Shown here: piece after piece, positions 10,683 through 20,267 of the stretch | How the letters are laid out: every line of letters starts with the position of its first letter | Position numbering within the stretch: the stretch's first letter is position 1 | IMG/VR virus record: IMGVR_UViG_3300022555_000003 | Span: 96,001-160,000 of that record | Direction: 5' to 3' (one strand) | From: a virus | Lineage: Duplodnaviria > Caudoviricetes | DNA length: 64,000 nt | Notes under the pieces: model-generated | The model's input: only the letters and a program-made list of their open reading frames with translations | What the model was told of the DNA's origin: nothing | The model's database searches: none | Translations under genes and position numbers: made by a program

Positions 10683-11792
10683 ATGTTTAAAAAAATTTTT
10701 AATTATTTCAGGCCTGTTCCTGAATCTATTCCATATATAAATGTCTTATTGGTATATAAGAATATGTCACCAGTAAGAGATTCTTGTTCACATGTTGGAT
10801 TAGGTGTGACTGCAATGAATCTTTGTAAAAATCTACTAAATTCTGGTATTCAAGTAGAAGTAAAGTCTGTATTCGACGGCTACGAATTAAGAGATAAATT
10901 TTTACCTAATTCAGAATATACTCATGTAGTTATGTTAGCACCTTGGGTAGATACACCTTTCTTACAAGGGTTATTAAGAAAATTTCCTTTAATTTCTTTT
11001 TCAGTTGTATATCATAGTAATGTAGGATTTCTTCAAGCAGATAGATATGCTGTAAAGTTAATTAGAGAACAAATAGAATTAGAATTATCTAATCATAATT
11101 TCCATGTTGCATGTAATTCTTTAAGATTAACCAATGCAATCATTGATACCTTCAGAAGACCTGCGGTATGCTTACCTAATATGTATTTTTTAGAAAAAGA
11201 ACCAACATATCCACGAGTAATTCAATATGGTGACACACTGAAAATTGGTGTATTTGGTGCTATGCGGCCACAAAAGAATATGCTATCTGCAGTTTGGGCA
11301 GGTATTCAAATGTCAACAATGCTGAATGCTGAATGTGAAATTTCTATTAATGCAGGTAGAGTAGAAGGTGGCGAATCTGTTCTGGGTGCAATAAATGAAT
11401 TAGTGAAAGATGTAGATAAAGTAACTTTGAAAAATATTGGGTGGGTAACATGGCCTAGATTTCGAGAGATTGTAAAACATCAACACTTATTAATTTCTCC
11501 TTCATATACAGAAAGTTTTTGTAATGTTACTGCTGATGGTATTGCGGAAGGAGTTCCAAGTGTTGTTACTCAAGCAATGCCATGGGCACCAAAAGAATGG
11601 AAAGCAGATCCAGATAGTGTAGAAAGTATTGTTAGAGTTGGTTTTGATGTTATGTTGAACAATAAGATACGTCGAAAAGGATATCAAAAATTAGTAGATC
11701 ACAATATATTTGCTATTAAACAATGGAAAGAATATTTGATTAATACTGGAGTACACAAAAATAAAGATCATGATGGAAGAGACAAATATTAA
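10683..11792 (+). CDS. GT-B (GT4-like) glycosyltransferase
   Basis: GAMRPQKN and ISPSYTESFCNVTADGIAEGVPSV nucleotide-sugar binding motifs. Confidence 0.75.
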   Translation: MFKKIFNYFRPVPESIPYINVLLVYKNMSPVRDSCSHVGLGVTAMNLCKNLLNSGIQVEVKSVFDGYELRDKFLPNSEYTHVVMLAPWVDTPFLQGLLRKFPLISFSVVYHSNVGFLQADRYAVKLIREQIELELSNHNFHVACNSLRLTNAIIDTFRRPAVCLPNMYFLEKEPTYPRVIQYGDTLKIGVFGAMRPQKNMLSAVWAGIQMSTMLNAECEISINAGRVEGGESVLGAINELVKDVDKVTLKNIGWVTWPRFREIVKHQHLLISPSYTESFCNVTADGIAEGVPSVVTQAMPWAPKEWKADPDSVESIVRVGFDVMLNNKIRRKGYQKLVDHNIFAIKQWKEYLINTGVHKNKDHDGRDKY

Positions 11793-12138
11793 AAAAGAAA
11801 AAACTTTTATTGCTACAATTTATGTTGGGCTCCAAAAAGGATACGCTGGTTCTTGGTGCTCAAAAGATACCGCGGTGCGAATAATTCAAGCTTATGTAAA
11901 TGAAGTTGGTTTATGTGTTACCGTTAAGGATACCACGTTTATATACAGTCTTGGTGGAGAAGATGGTTTAGAAATCGGACTAACTAATTATCCAAGATTT
12001 CCGTCATCTCCAGAAAAAATTGTAAATCTTTCCTTAGAGTTGGCAGATTTGCTAATGAAAGAATTGTGCCAAAATCGAGTAACAGTTGTTACAACAGATA
12101 CAACTTATATGTTAACTAATCATATTCAATACGATTAA
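11770..12138 (+). CDS. Hypothetical phage protein
   Basis: 122 aa ORF overlapping the end of the previous gene. Confidence 0.5.
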   Translation: MMEETNIKKEKTFIATIYVGLQKGYAGSWCSKDTAVRIIQAYVNEVGLCVTVKDTTFIYSLGGEDGLEIGLTNYPRFPSSPEKIVNLSLELADLLMKELCQNRVTVVTTDTTYMLTNHIQYD

Positions 12139-12141
12139 TAG

Positions 12142-12170
12142 TTGACATAATAGAACAAGTTTAGTATAAT
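12142..12170 (+). promoter_or_regulatory. Early sigma70-type promoter
   Basis: TTGACA-17 nt-TATAAT followed by TAAATAGTA. Confidence 0.75.
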
Positions 12171-12200
12171 TAAATAGTAAGTAAAAGAGGAAATAATAAT

Positions 12201-12461
12201 ATGCTTGATGTAAAGAACTACAATGTTACAACAGAATCAGATGTAGAAGTTACTGAACTATGGGCTGGTGAGACCTTTTTAGGAATGCTAGAAAATGTAG
12301 ACGGCGAGGAAGTTGAAGGGCTGTTTCTAGTATTAGGAGATACTGTAGTATGTCTCGAATCTGTAGAGTCTGAATTTCCTTCCCGTGCTGATATGGAAGG
12401 CGTCCGGATTGTAAATTACAAGGACTGTAAGGCAGTAGTTACAGTTAGCAACATTAGCTAA
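12201..12461 (+). CDS. Acidic hypothetical protein
   Basis: ORF behind promoter, AGAGG SD. Confidence 0.55.
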   Translation: MLDVKNYNVTTESDVEVTELWAGETFLGMLENVDGEEVEGLFLVLGDTVVCLESVESEFPSRADMEGVRIVNYKDCKAVVTVSNIS

Positions 12462-12487
12462 TTATATTATAATTAGTTTATTAGATG

Positions 12488-12520
12488 GGTAATACATTGC
12501 TCCACGACAATGTATTACCT
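12488..12520 (+). terminator. Intrinsic terminator-like hairpin
   Basis: GGTAATACATTG-loop-CAATGTATTACC followed by T-rich tract. Confidence 0.6.
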
Positions 12521-12542
12521 ATTTTGATTTAAGGAGTATACA

Positions 12543-12755
12543 ATGAACATTTATACTATTCCTGGCGCAAAAGTTATTTTCTCATATCCTACAAATGGTT
12601 ATGATGGAGACAATCTTATAGGAAGACAATATTTAACAGTTGGGTACGAATATACTGTTCAAAGAGTGAGCATCGGAAGATCATCTTCTAGAGTATATTT
12701 GAAAGAAGTTCCTGACATTGGGTTTAATACATGTATGTTTGAGGATATTATATGA
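12543..12755 (+). CDS. Hypothetical protein
   Basis: AAGGAG SD; ATGA overlap with the next gene. Confidence 0.55.
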   Translation: MNIYTIPGAKVIFSYPTNGYDGDNLIGRQYLTVGYEYTVQRVSIGRSSSRVYLKEVPDIGFNTCMFEDII

Positions 12756-13240
12756 ACGAAAAGTTTACATTTTTTTGGAGCGGACCATTTTCACAGTGGT
12801 ATCATTCTCCGTTTGAGAGTGGCGGAGTTACATTTCAAAATGCAGAAATGTATATGATGTATTATAAAGCAATACGCTTTAATGATAAAGAAACTGCTGA
12901 ACAAATATTAGTAGCTCCTACGCCAAAAGAAGTTAAAGCATTAGGTCGTAAAGTTGCAAATTTTGATAAGTCTGCATGGGATGACATTGCGCCACTCATT
13001 GTATATGAAGGGAACAAACTTAAATTCCAAACACATTCAGATATTAGAAAACTTTTACTTGATACAATAGGAACAACTTTAGTAGAAGCATCTCCATTTG
13101 ATACAATCTGGGGAATTGGTTTAAGTGAAGACAACCCAAATGCATTGCAACGTGAAACGTGGAGAGGTACAAATTGGTTAGGTGAAATTCTTACTCTTGT
13201 AAGAGAAGATCTAATGGAAAATTATGATAACTCAAAATGA
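12752..13240 (+). CDS. NADAR (YbiA-family) protein
   Basis: FFWSGPFSQWY, AEMYMMYYKA..F.D, LVEASPFDTIWGIG, WRGTNWLGEIL. Confidence 0.92.
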   Translation: MNEKFTFFWSGPFSQWYHSPFESGGVTFQNAEMYMMYYKAIRFNDKETAEQILVAPTPKEVKALGRKVANFDKSAWDDIAPLIVYEGNKLKFQTHSDIRKLLLDTIGTTLVEASPFDTIWGIGLSEDNPNALQRETWRGTNWLGEILTLVREDLMENYDNSK

Positions 13241-13525
13241 AACTATTTTTGCTGGTATACTGCTCGTGATTTGTCTAGGTAGAATTATTTGGGTGCATTG
13301 GCATAATTATAAAGTTAGAAAAAACAAACAAATCGAAAAGTATTTGCTATAATTGTGAATATTATAAATTTCATTTACATAAAGCTGATCAATGTGAACA
13401 TCCAAAACACATAATTAAAGAGAAAGAAACTACAAATTATATTATAGGAGACGTAATTCCTGAGTGGTACAGATCACAAAATTGTTCTTTATTCAATAGA
13501 GATGGAAAGTGTCCAGTTTTCAAAT

Positions 13526-14308
13526 CTACACAATTACTTTCAGCGGCTGATATTTCAAACCAGTAGAATTTTTAACATTGCCACGTGGATTGCTAACAAA
13601 TTCACAATCATTTATAGTAGTTTTCATTGGCTTGTGATGGCCATATACCCAAGTACTAATTTTATGATTTTTATCTTCTGATTCGATATACTTTTGTGAA
13701 TTGCTACTAAGCTTAGAACAATCAGCATCAAATATCAAATTTTTATCTGGTACTGTATGGCTAATCATTACAATATTTGTAATATCTGGAGAGTTCTGCA
13801 TTTTTTTAACAGAATGTTGTAAATATTCCAAATCGTTATTATGAATAGTATATAGTTTCATATCATCCATCCAACTACCAGAATCTAATGTTCCGTTGTT
13901 ATTACTATTTTCTGGTCCCCACCAAAGATTTGCTGCCAAAAAGCTTGTTGAATTAATGATTAAAATATGTTCAAATAAATAACTCATATTTTCAATTTTT
14001 GATAGTTTATTTCCAAGATAATCTCTATTACTTTGAATATTATCAAAATTGTTTTGGTGTTCTAAATCTCCATCAATATATAAAACATGTTTATACACTG
14101 AAGAAATCTGCTTTAGTTCATATACTGTTCGATCCAGATCTGAACTAACGTCACCAGCTACTACTGCAATCAAACTGGTTGGGAATGCTTTCCAATTAAT
14201 ACTGGTTGGCCATTCTTCAACATATAAGTCGGAAATCAAATCAAACGATAATAGGGGATGTTGGCTACGCATTTTAATAGAACTCCTTTGTTCTTTTGAT
14301 ATTGACAT
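13526..14308 (-). CDS. Calcineurin-like metallophosphoesterase, divergent
   Basis: ISDLY, VVAGDV, YIDGDLEH, SHTVP, WVYGHH, NPRG. Confidence 0.65.
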   Translation of the reverse strand: MSISKEQRSSIKMRSQHPLLSFDLISDLYVEEWPTSINWKAFPTSLIAVVAGDVSSDLDRTVYELKQISSVYKHVLYIDGDLEHQNNFDNIQSNRDYLGNKLSKIENMSYLFEHILIINSTSFLAANLWWGPENSNNNGTLDSGSWMDDMKLYTIHNNDLEYLQHSVKKMQNSPDITNIVMISHTVPDKNLIFDADCSKLSSNSQKYIESEDKNHKISTWVYGHHKPMKTTINDCEFVSNPRGNVKNSTGLKYQPLKVIV

Positions 14309-14478
14309 TTATCATATAATCTGTTATACTAAAGATATGGATGTCAAACTTGCTGGCTGCTATTGGGAAGTTGGCTACGCATTTTAATAGAACTCCTTTG
14401 TTCTTTTGATATTGATATTTATCATATAATCTGTTATACTAAAGATATGGATGTCAAACTTGCTGGCTGCTATTGGGA
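14260..14478. repeat. 110-bp tandem duplication containing a promoter and a gene start
   Basis: 14260-14369 matches 14370-14478 except TTGACA>TTGATA. Confidence 0.9.
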
Positions 14479-14671
14479 TGTTGAATACAAACGGGACGGA
14501 GTCATGTTGAGTTTAGATTCAACGTTGCTGTTTCACCCAGCATATCAAACAGCATATCAAAATATAAGAGAATTTATACTATTAACTGAAATTGGCAAGC
14601 AGGTAAGTTTTAGACAAATTTGGTTATATAAAGCTGAATATTTAGAATTACTAATTTTGAGCAAGAGTTAA
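14447..14671 (+). CDS. Hypothetical protein
   Basis: ATG 6 nt after TATACT; the first duplicate copy gives only MDVKLAGCYWEVGYAF*. Confidence 0.5.
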   Translation: MDVKLAGCYWDVEYKRDGVMLSLDSTLLFHPAYQTAYQNIREFILLTEIGKQVSFRQIWLYKAEYLELLILSKS

Positions 14672-14697
14672 CATTGGGACAGAAATTTATTTTTGAC

Positions 14698-14853
14698 ATG
14701 ACATCAGGTATAATCCTAGATTGGAATTGGTGGATTATGAGTGGTCCAGAAATTGACACATGGATTGTTAAAAATTATATTATTCGAACTGGTTCAGTAT
14801 TATACTTTCCAAACGAAGAAGTAAAAGTGTTGTTTGTACTTAAATGGTTATGA
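14698..14853 (+). CDS. Small Trp-rich family member
   Basis: Not in ORF track; MTSGIILDWNWW...NEEVKVLFVLKWL. Confidence 0.5.
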   Translation: MTSGIILDWNWWIMSGPEIDTWIVKNYIIRTGSVLYFPNEEVKVLFVLKWL

Positions 14854-15179
14854 ATTTAGAAAATAGAATTATATATAGCAATTATAATAATATAACGGAA
14901 ATATTATACCAAAAATTTGTATATTTAATAGTATCAAGAGGAGTTCCTGCAGTCTCGTTTGATTACTATGTTAAACATAGTTATTCTCTTATAAATTTGT
15001 TAATTAATTTAAAACTTCCATTTGTATTGATTACTAATTACAAATCTTCAGATATACTAGATAAAATTTATTGGTGTGAAGACGTATTTGATGATGCTTT
15101 TATTTGGACTCAAGATCAAATATTTTTTGAAAAAGAAGAACAAGTTACTTTATTCCATCTAAGATGGGGTGGCAAATGA
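14844..15179 (+). CDS. Small Trp-rich family member (extended N-terminus)
   Basis: C-terminus FEKEEQVTLFHLRWGGK. Confidence 0.6.
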   Translation: MVMNLENRIIYSNYNNITEILYQKFVYLIVSRGVPAVSFDYYVKHSYSLINLLINLKLPFVLITNYKSSDILDKIYWCEDVFDDAFIWTQDQIFFEKEEQVTLFHLRWGGK

Positions 15180-15361
15180 GTATTGCATTTGATATCCATT
15201 GTAAGTATAACGGTACTAAGTTAGCACAAATAATTGATTGGCTAGAAACTAATGTGGGAGCTCAACATTATCAATGGATATGGGGTTGCAAAGAAGGAAC
15301 CGTTTTTATATTAGACGAAAAAGTAGCGTTGGCGTTTGCATTGGTGTGGGGTGTGAAATAA
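15176..15361 (+). CDS. Small Trp-rich family member
   Basis: IDWLETNVG...WIW...DEKVALAFALVWG; ATG 15176 overlaps the upstream stop. Confidence 0.65.
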   Translation: MSIAFDIHCKYNGTKLAQIIDWLETNVGAQHYQWIWGCKEGTVFILDEKVALAFALVWGVK

Positions 15362-15549
15362 TTGTTGGATACAGTAATCAATATAGAAGTGAAGTCATTG
15401 ATTGGTTGCATGAAAACGTCGGGAGTTATGGAAAAGGATGGTATTGGCCAGCGTATAGTCCAGTTAATACTATAATAACAGGTCCTGTAGTTAACATCGT
15501 TCAAGAAAGTCATGCAATAGCATTTTTATTAACTTGGGGAGGAAAATGA
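15346..15549 (+). CDS. Small Trp-rich family member
   Basis: IDWLHENVGSYGKGWYW...AIAFLLTWGGK; GTG start inferred. Confidence 0.6.
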   Translation: MGCEIIVGYSNQYRSEVIDWLHENVGSYGKGWYWPAYSPVNTIITGPVVNIVQESHAIAFLLTWGGK

Positions 15550-15734
15550 CCATCAATAATATCAGAGATGATAAAGACTATCCACCTGTCAACTCACCCG
15601 AGATAACAACCTGGTTGTATGATAATATAGGTCGGTATGGTGATGGGTGGCGATGGGATCACACAGTAATCAATAGCCCTATTCAAATTGATGACGAGAA
15701 AAATATTACAGCATTTTTATTGAGATGGGGATAA
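15546..15734 (+). CDS. Small Trp-rich family member
   Basis: WLYDNIGRYGDGWRW...IDDEKNITAFLLRWG. Confidence 0.65.
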   Translation: MTINNIRDDKDYPPVNSPEITTWLYDNIGRYGDGWRWDHTVINSPIQIDDEKNITAFLLRWG

Positions 15735-15737
15735 AAT

Positions 15738-15917
15738 ATGCTAGTTAAATATAATGTAATGCAAAATCAAACCCAAATTATTAACTGGTTAATTGAGAAT
15801 GTAGGGAAGTATAATTGTGGTTGGTCGTGGGTTCAACCAATATCTACAGATTATTTTATTCAAATTGACAATGAAAAAGATGCGATAGCATTTTTATTAA
15901 GATGGAGTGAAGAATGA
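15738..15917 (+). CDS. Small Trp-rich family member
   Basis: Not in ORF track (59 aa); WLIENVGKYNCGWSW...IDNEKDAIAFLLRWSEE. Confidence 0.65.
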   Translation: MLVKYNVMQNQTQIINWLIENVGKYNCGWSWVQPISTDYFIQIDNEKDAIAFLLRWSEE

Positions 15918-16089
15918 TATTATTGAATACAGCACACATCACAAATTAAACGATATAATCAAATGGTTACATAAAAATATAGGTTCATACGATCTTGGAT
16001 GGCGTTGGGATAACAGTACTCCTGATAATAATAATGTTTGCATAGATGATGAGAAGAATGCTGTAATATTTGCGTTACTTTGGAAATAA
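15907..16089 (+). CDS. Small Trp-rich family member
   Basis: WLHKNIGSYDLGWRW...IDDEKNAVIFALLWK. Confidence 0.65.
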   Translation: MKNDIIEYSTHHKLNDIIKWLHKNIGSYDLGWRWDNSTPDNNNVCIDDEKNAVIFALLWK

Positions 16090-16090
16090 G

Positions 16091-16276
16091 ATGAGAGTTG
16101 AATTTAAAGACAAGACAGATTTATACAACCTAATCGATTGGTTATATGAAAATATAGGTCCTTTAGAATCTAAGGAGTGGAGATGGGAATTAAAACCTAC
16201 ACCATTCAATAATTTTATCTACATCAAAAATAAAAAACATGTCACAGCATTCTTACTGAGATGGGGTGGAAAGTGA
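16091..16276 (+). CDS. Small Trp-rich family member
   Basis: IDWLYENIG...WRW...KKHVTAFLLRWGGK. Confidence 0.65.
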   Translation: MRVEFKDKTDLYNLIDWLYENIGPLESKEWRWELKPTPFNNFIYIKNKKHVTAFLLRWGGK

Positions 16277-16440
16277 TAATTGATTACAGAAAGTATCCAA
16301 GTGAACAAGACATCAAAATAGTTGTTTGGTTAAATGAAAATATAGGTTCTCATGGCCATGGTTGGTATTGGACATATAATCATTCTCTTTATATAGACGA
16401 TGAAAGTAATGGAATAGCATTTTTATTAAATTGGGCATAA
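16273..16440 (+). CDS. Small Trp-rich family member
   Basis: Not in ORF track (55 aa, GTG); WLNENIGSHGHGWYW...IDDESNGIAFLLNWA. Confidence 0.6.
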   Translation: MIIDYRKYPSEQDIKIVVWLNENIGSHGHGWYWTYNHSLYIDDESNGIAFLLNWA

Positions 16441-16446
16441 TATATT

Positions 16447-16484
16447 TTGACAAGCTTATAACTACCTGCTATACTTAAAGAGTA
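16447..16484 (+). promoter_or_regulatory. Early promoter (consensus cassette)
   Basis: TTGACA-17-TATACT TAAAGAGTA with TGC extension. Confidence 0.8.
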
Positions 16485-16558
16485 ATAATTATTGTAACAA
16501 GATAATTTATTAACGATAAGATCTATCCACAAAGGATAGAAAAGGAAATTGAAACACA

Positions 16559-16798
16559 ATGCCATTTACGCAAATTCGTAGTACACAGAATGATTTTTTA
16601 GTTAATTATCTACGGGGTACTAATGTAGAACTAAGTTCCGCTCAGGCGAGCAGCCTGTACGGTATTCGGAACTTACGGGCTCGTATTAGTGAGCTTCGTG
16701 GTATGGGCCTTCGCGTTCGTACTCGTATTAACACAACCAATCATACTTCATATGCAGTTTCTGCACGTGATATTTTTGGGAGCAGAGCTCAGCTCTAA
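16559..16798 (+). CDS. Winged helix-turn-helix-like small protein
   Basis: LSSAQA..LYGIRNLRARISELR..GL.V pattern. Confidence 0.55.
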   Translation: MPFTQIRSTQNDFLVNYLRGTNVELSSAQASSLYGIRNLRARISELRGMGLRVRTRINTTNHTSYAVSARDIFGSRAQL

Positions 16799-16809
16799 TT
16801 TAGAACAAA

Positions 16810-16840
16810 TGGCGGTAGGTTAGAAAGGCTTACCGCCATT
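16810..16840 (+). terminator. Terminator-like hairpin
   Basis: GGCGGTAGG...CTTACCGCC followed by ATTT. Confidence 0.55.
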
Positions 16841-16844
16841 TGAA

Positions 16845-17183
16845 TTGGTGAATATTATGATACATTTTGATACAGCATTTGGAAAAGTTGGTATTTCTTT
16901 TCAACACAATTTACCAACAGTTAAAGTGGTAACTCAAAACAATCGACTAGCAAGTACTAAAATTAAAGTATTTCCAGGAAATACTAATTGTTTGCTAACC
17001 ATTGAGCAAGATGGATGTACAAATGAATTTGCTGGTAGTTCAACCCTTCATCCTGAGGACCAGTATAATAACGAAATTGGACGTAGACTTTCTTTAGAAC
17101 GTGCAATTCATGAAGCAAAGTTTGCATTTCAACTACGTGATCAGAATGTAAGAGAAATTTGGTCAAAGTATTACGCTCGATAA
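16845..17183 (+). CDS. Hypothetical protein
   Basis: HPEDQYNNEIGRRLSLERA, a motif typical of small phage proteins. Confidence 0.5.
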   Translation: MVNIMIHFDTAFGKVGISFQHNLPTVKVVTQNNRLASTKIKVFPGNTNCLLTIEQDGCTNEFAGSSTLHPEDQYNNEIGRRLSLERAIHEAKFAFQLRDQNVREIWSKYYAR

Positions 17184-17195
17184 ATTGAGGAGATT

Positions 17196-17507
17196 ATGGT
17201 AACTGTTCATACTATTAAGTTAACTCGCGCTGAAGGAACTGTTATCAAATGTCAGTATCCAGTCTATGAAAAAACATTTGAAGATGCAACTAAAGTATTA
17301 GTAGACTGGAGTAAAACAGCTCCGTTGTCACAATTTGGACATCATAAAGTTGATTTTGTTATATATTTTTCAGATGGGTATGATTATGTTGGAACGTATC
17401 CATTAACGCAAGATGGTTTTCATTCCTTAAAAGAATATTGCAAATCAAATATTGGTTGGGCGAGATTCAATCAATCAAACGAAATTTTAGATACTTATTT
17501 TAATTAA
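17196..17507 (+). CDS. Hypothetical protein
   Basis: GAGGAG SD. Confidence 0.5.
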   Translation: MVTVHTIKLTRAEGTVIKCQYPVYEKTFEDATKVLVDWSKTAPLSQFGHHKVDFVIYFSDGYDYVGTYPLTQDGFHSLKEYCKSNIGWARFNQSNEILDTYFN

Positions 17508-17702
17508 TATGCCTACAAAAATTGAATTATCAAGATTACAATTAGCTGATGATGCCCATAAATTAGAAGTTAAGGCATTGAAAGATACGATTGAACGTCA
17601 AAAGAAAACAATTGTTTTTCTTACGAGAGTTGCGTGCATGGCAACAAGAAAAATGCGAGAAGCTGCTGATGGTTTAGAATTCGATATTGAACGAGGAACA
17701 GA

Positions 17703-18119
17703 ATGAAATTATTAATATTATTTATTATTCTAATTTCTGTTGGATATAGCCAACAGATAGTAACTTTAACAACCCCAAAAGGACAATTAGTTGTACAACT
17801 AGATGATTCACTTTTTATAGATACTAGTGTTACACCTCCAAAGTTAAAGGTAAGACCTGTAACAAAGGATGTTCTTCGAGTATACAACATGAAATCAACT
17901 CAAAATTATTTTGATTTAGTTGATCCATCTGGTGGTGTTGTTGATACTTCAACTGTTGAATTTATGAGAAATGGATTAACACTTACAAATTCCATAGATT
18001 ATACTATCAAAGGAACAGTATTAACATGTATAGTTTCTTCATGTACTGTAGTTGCTTCAGATGTTATTCGTATCAAATTTAAAGCAAGTATTAAATATCC
18101 ATTATCAAAAAGTCTATAA
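17703..18119 (+). CDS. Signal-peptide-bearing protein
   Basis: MKLLILFIILISVGYSQ signal; RNGLTLTNSIDYTIKG beta-rich motif. Confidence 0.55.
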   Translation: MKLLILFIILISVGYSQQIVTLTTPKGQLVVQLDDSLFIDTSVTPPKLKVRPVTKDVLRVYNMKSTQNYFDLVDPSGGVVDTSTVEFMRNGLTLTNSIDYTIKGTVLTCIVSSCTVVASDVIRIKFKASIKYPLSKSL

Positions 18120-18126
18120 TTATAAA

Positions 18127-19110
18127 ATGAATAAACTATTATTAGTATTACTATTGAGTTTTCCATTATGGTCTCAGACATTAGTTAAACAAGAACAACT
18201 TCAATCACAGACTCATCTATCAAATGAAGGAGATTGGTGTCCAGTTTCTATTTTTACCCGAACTTCAGATACTATAATTACTTTCACTAAGGATGCTCCA
18301 ACTACAAGATCTTGTTTCTTACATTTCTCACTTACTTCAACTATTCTATGGACTAAATCAGATACAATTATGATTTTGGATAATTCGACTCCGTTAAATG
18401 ATCTTGTATTTTTTTACTGGTTAGGTCCTGATCTTCATATATCTTCGAGAACTCCTTTTTTCTCTTGTACGATTTGTAAAATTGATGCTCCACGTGTTTT
18501 AGATGTATTTCCAGCAAATGCTTTAATAGCTGGTATGTACAATGTTATTAACGGAAGATGGGATTTATCTGGCCATCCAATTTTTAATCAACATCAAATA
18601 ATTGGGTCTCCAATGGCAATTACTTATATTCCAAATCAAGGTTATACTTTTACTTTTGATATTACTAATCCTAAAGTAGTAGCAGCAACAGAGGCAATCA
18701 ATAATCTAGCTCCTACTGTTAATAAGTCTCTAACTATGATCCAAAATGCTACAACTACTGGAATTAATGAAGTTCAAACTCATGTAAAAAAAGCTGGAGC
18801 AATGCCTTCAGATGTTAATATTCAAAAAGCACAAACTCAATTATTAGAAATACAAACAAAAATAGCAGATTTAAATAATCAAATTAAAATAATAAATCCA
18901 CAAAGTATATATCGTCGTGACCAATATGATTCACAACAGATGAATTTAATACAATCATATATGATAAATTTAGGTATGAAACGCAAAGTCGAAATACCTA
19001 AAACATCAACTTCTACTTGTATTTTAGGTGATTGGTCAATCTCAAATACCTTTCTTTATCTTTGTACTGAAAATTGGAGAAGAATACCTCTTGATAATTC
19101 TACATGGTAA
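18127..19110 (+). CDS. Signal-peptide-bearing protein with coiled coil
   Basis: MNKLLLVLLLSFPLWSQ signal; ATG 18127 preferred to the track start 18052. Confidence 0.55.
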   Translation: MNKLLLVLLLSFPLWSQTLVKQEQLQSQTHLSNEGDWCPVSIFTRTSDTIITFTKDAPTTRSCFLHFSLTSTILWTKSDTIMILDNSTPLNDLVFFYWLGPDLHISSRTPFFSCTICKIDAPRVLDVFPANALIAGMYNVINGRWDLSGHPIFNQHQIIGSPMAITYIPNQGYTFTFDITNPKVVAATEAINNLAPTVNKSLTMIQNATTTGINEVQTHVKKAGAMPSDVNIQKAQTQLLEIQTKIADLNNQIKIINPQSIYRRDQYDSQQMNLIQSYMINLGMKRKVEIPKTSTSTCILGDWSISNTFLYLCTENWRRIPLDNSTW

Positions 19111-19469
19111 TGAAGATTAAAACAAAACACGGTGATGTACTTTTTGAATTTGCTGGTGATACATTAGTTGGCGCTCAATTAGAATATGCATATTTAAATT
19201 ACGCATATTTGCGTGATAAGAACTTACAAGATGCCAACTTTAAAAATGCATATTTATATGGGGTTGATTTTCGAGATGCAAATTTGAGTGGAGCGGATAT
19301 GCGTGGCGCATATTTATGTAAAGCAGATCTGCGTGGCGCCAAACTAGATGGCGTATTAATAAATGATATGACACAAATTAGTTCAGCGACCAAACTTGAT
19401 CCCGAACATCTTACATATCTGTTGCTCAAAGGGATTAAATTTTCGAAATATTCTAAATATGATTATTAG
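19110..19469 (+). CDS. Pentapeptide-repeat protein 1
   Basis: A(D/N)LxG repeats; N-cap MKIKTKHG, C-cap [19 protein letters not shown]. Confidence 0.9.
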   Translation: MKIKTKHGDVLFEFAGDTLVGAQLEYAYLNYAYLRDKNLQDANFKNAYLYGVDFRDANLSGADMRGAYLCKADLRGAKLDGVLINDMTQISSATKLDPEHLTYLLLKGIKFSKYSKYDY

Positions 19470-19935
19470 AACATTAAAGAATGTAGTACGGCATACATTA
19501 CCATCTGATACATTTGTTGGTGCAGAGTTAAGTTATCTAAATTTAAATGACGCAGATTTACAAGGTGCAGATTTAAGCAAAGCATACATGTATTATACAA
19601 GGCTAGGTAGTGCAGATTTAAGTTATTCAATTTTATATAGAACAAATTTATATTGTGCTACTTTAATTGGTGCAAATTTATATTGTGCTGATCTACATGA
19701 AGTCAATTTACGTGGAGCAGATCTAAGTGATGTGGATTTACGTGGAGCAAATTTAGAATGTGCCAATTTATGTGGCGTCAATTTGACTGGTGCAGATTTA
19801 CGTGGAGCTAATTTTACAGGTGTAGAAATAAATCGCAACACAACATTTCATGAAACTACTAGATTCGATCCTGAGCTAATCACATATTTGATCCTAAAAG
19901 GATTAACATATTTCCCTTTTGCTGTCAACTGTTAA
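19459..19935 (+). CDS. Pentapeptide-repeat protein 2
   Basis: ADL repeats; [16 protein letters not shown]; ATG 19459 gives an 11-nt overlap. Confidence 0.9.
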   Translation: MIIRTLKNVVRHTLPSDTFVGAELSYLNLNDADLQGADLSKAYMYYTRLGSADLSYSILYRTNLYCATLIGANLYCADLHEVNLRGADLSDVDLRGANLECANLCGVNLTGADLRGANFTGVEINRNTTFHETTRFDPELITYLILKGLTYFPFAVNC

Positions 19936-19979
19936 TTTATAATAATTTTAGTTGACATATAGCTGGTCGAACTGCTATA

Positions 19980-20267
19980 ATGGAAAACAAATTAACAGTT
20001 TCAACAGTACGGGAAGCATTACAATATTATATTGGTGTGTCAAGACTAAAAACTGGTGAAATTATAATCCGCAAAGGATTTTATTATCACCACGGATATG
20101 ACTGCCGTCAACTAGCTGATTTTGTTACCGAGAAGCTGCAAGCTGCTGGAATTAAAGCAGTTATTGTTGATAGGGGAGAGAAATGGAAGCCTTTTAGGGG
20201 CGGTTCAACACTTGCCAACAGTAGCCATTGGTTTGTTATAGTTAAAGCGCTGGTTGACATTTCCTAA
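19980..20267 (+). CDS. Hypothetical protein
   Basis: ORF whose ATG overlaps the -10 box of a consensus promoter. Confidence 0.5.
   Translation: MENKLTVSTVREALQYYIGVSRLKTGEIIIRKGFYYHHGYDCRQLADFVTEKLQAAGIKAVIVDRGEKWKPFRGGSTLANSSHWFVIVKALVDIS

Noticed and set aside
13237-13350. Possible frameshifted small membrane ORF after NADAR
   Set aside because: Needs one extra A in a short homopolymer; too short and unsupported to report
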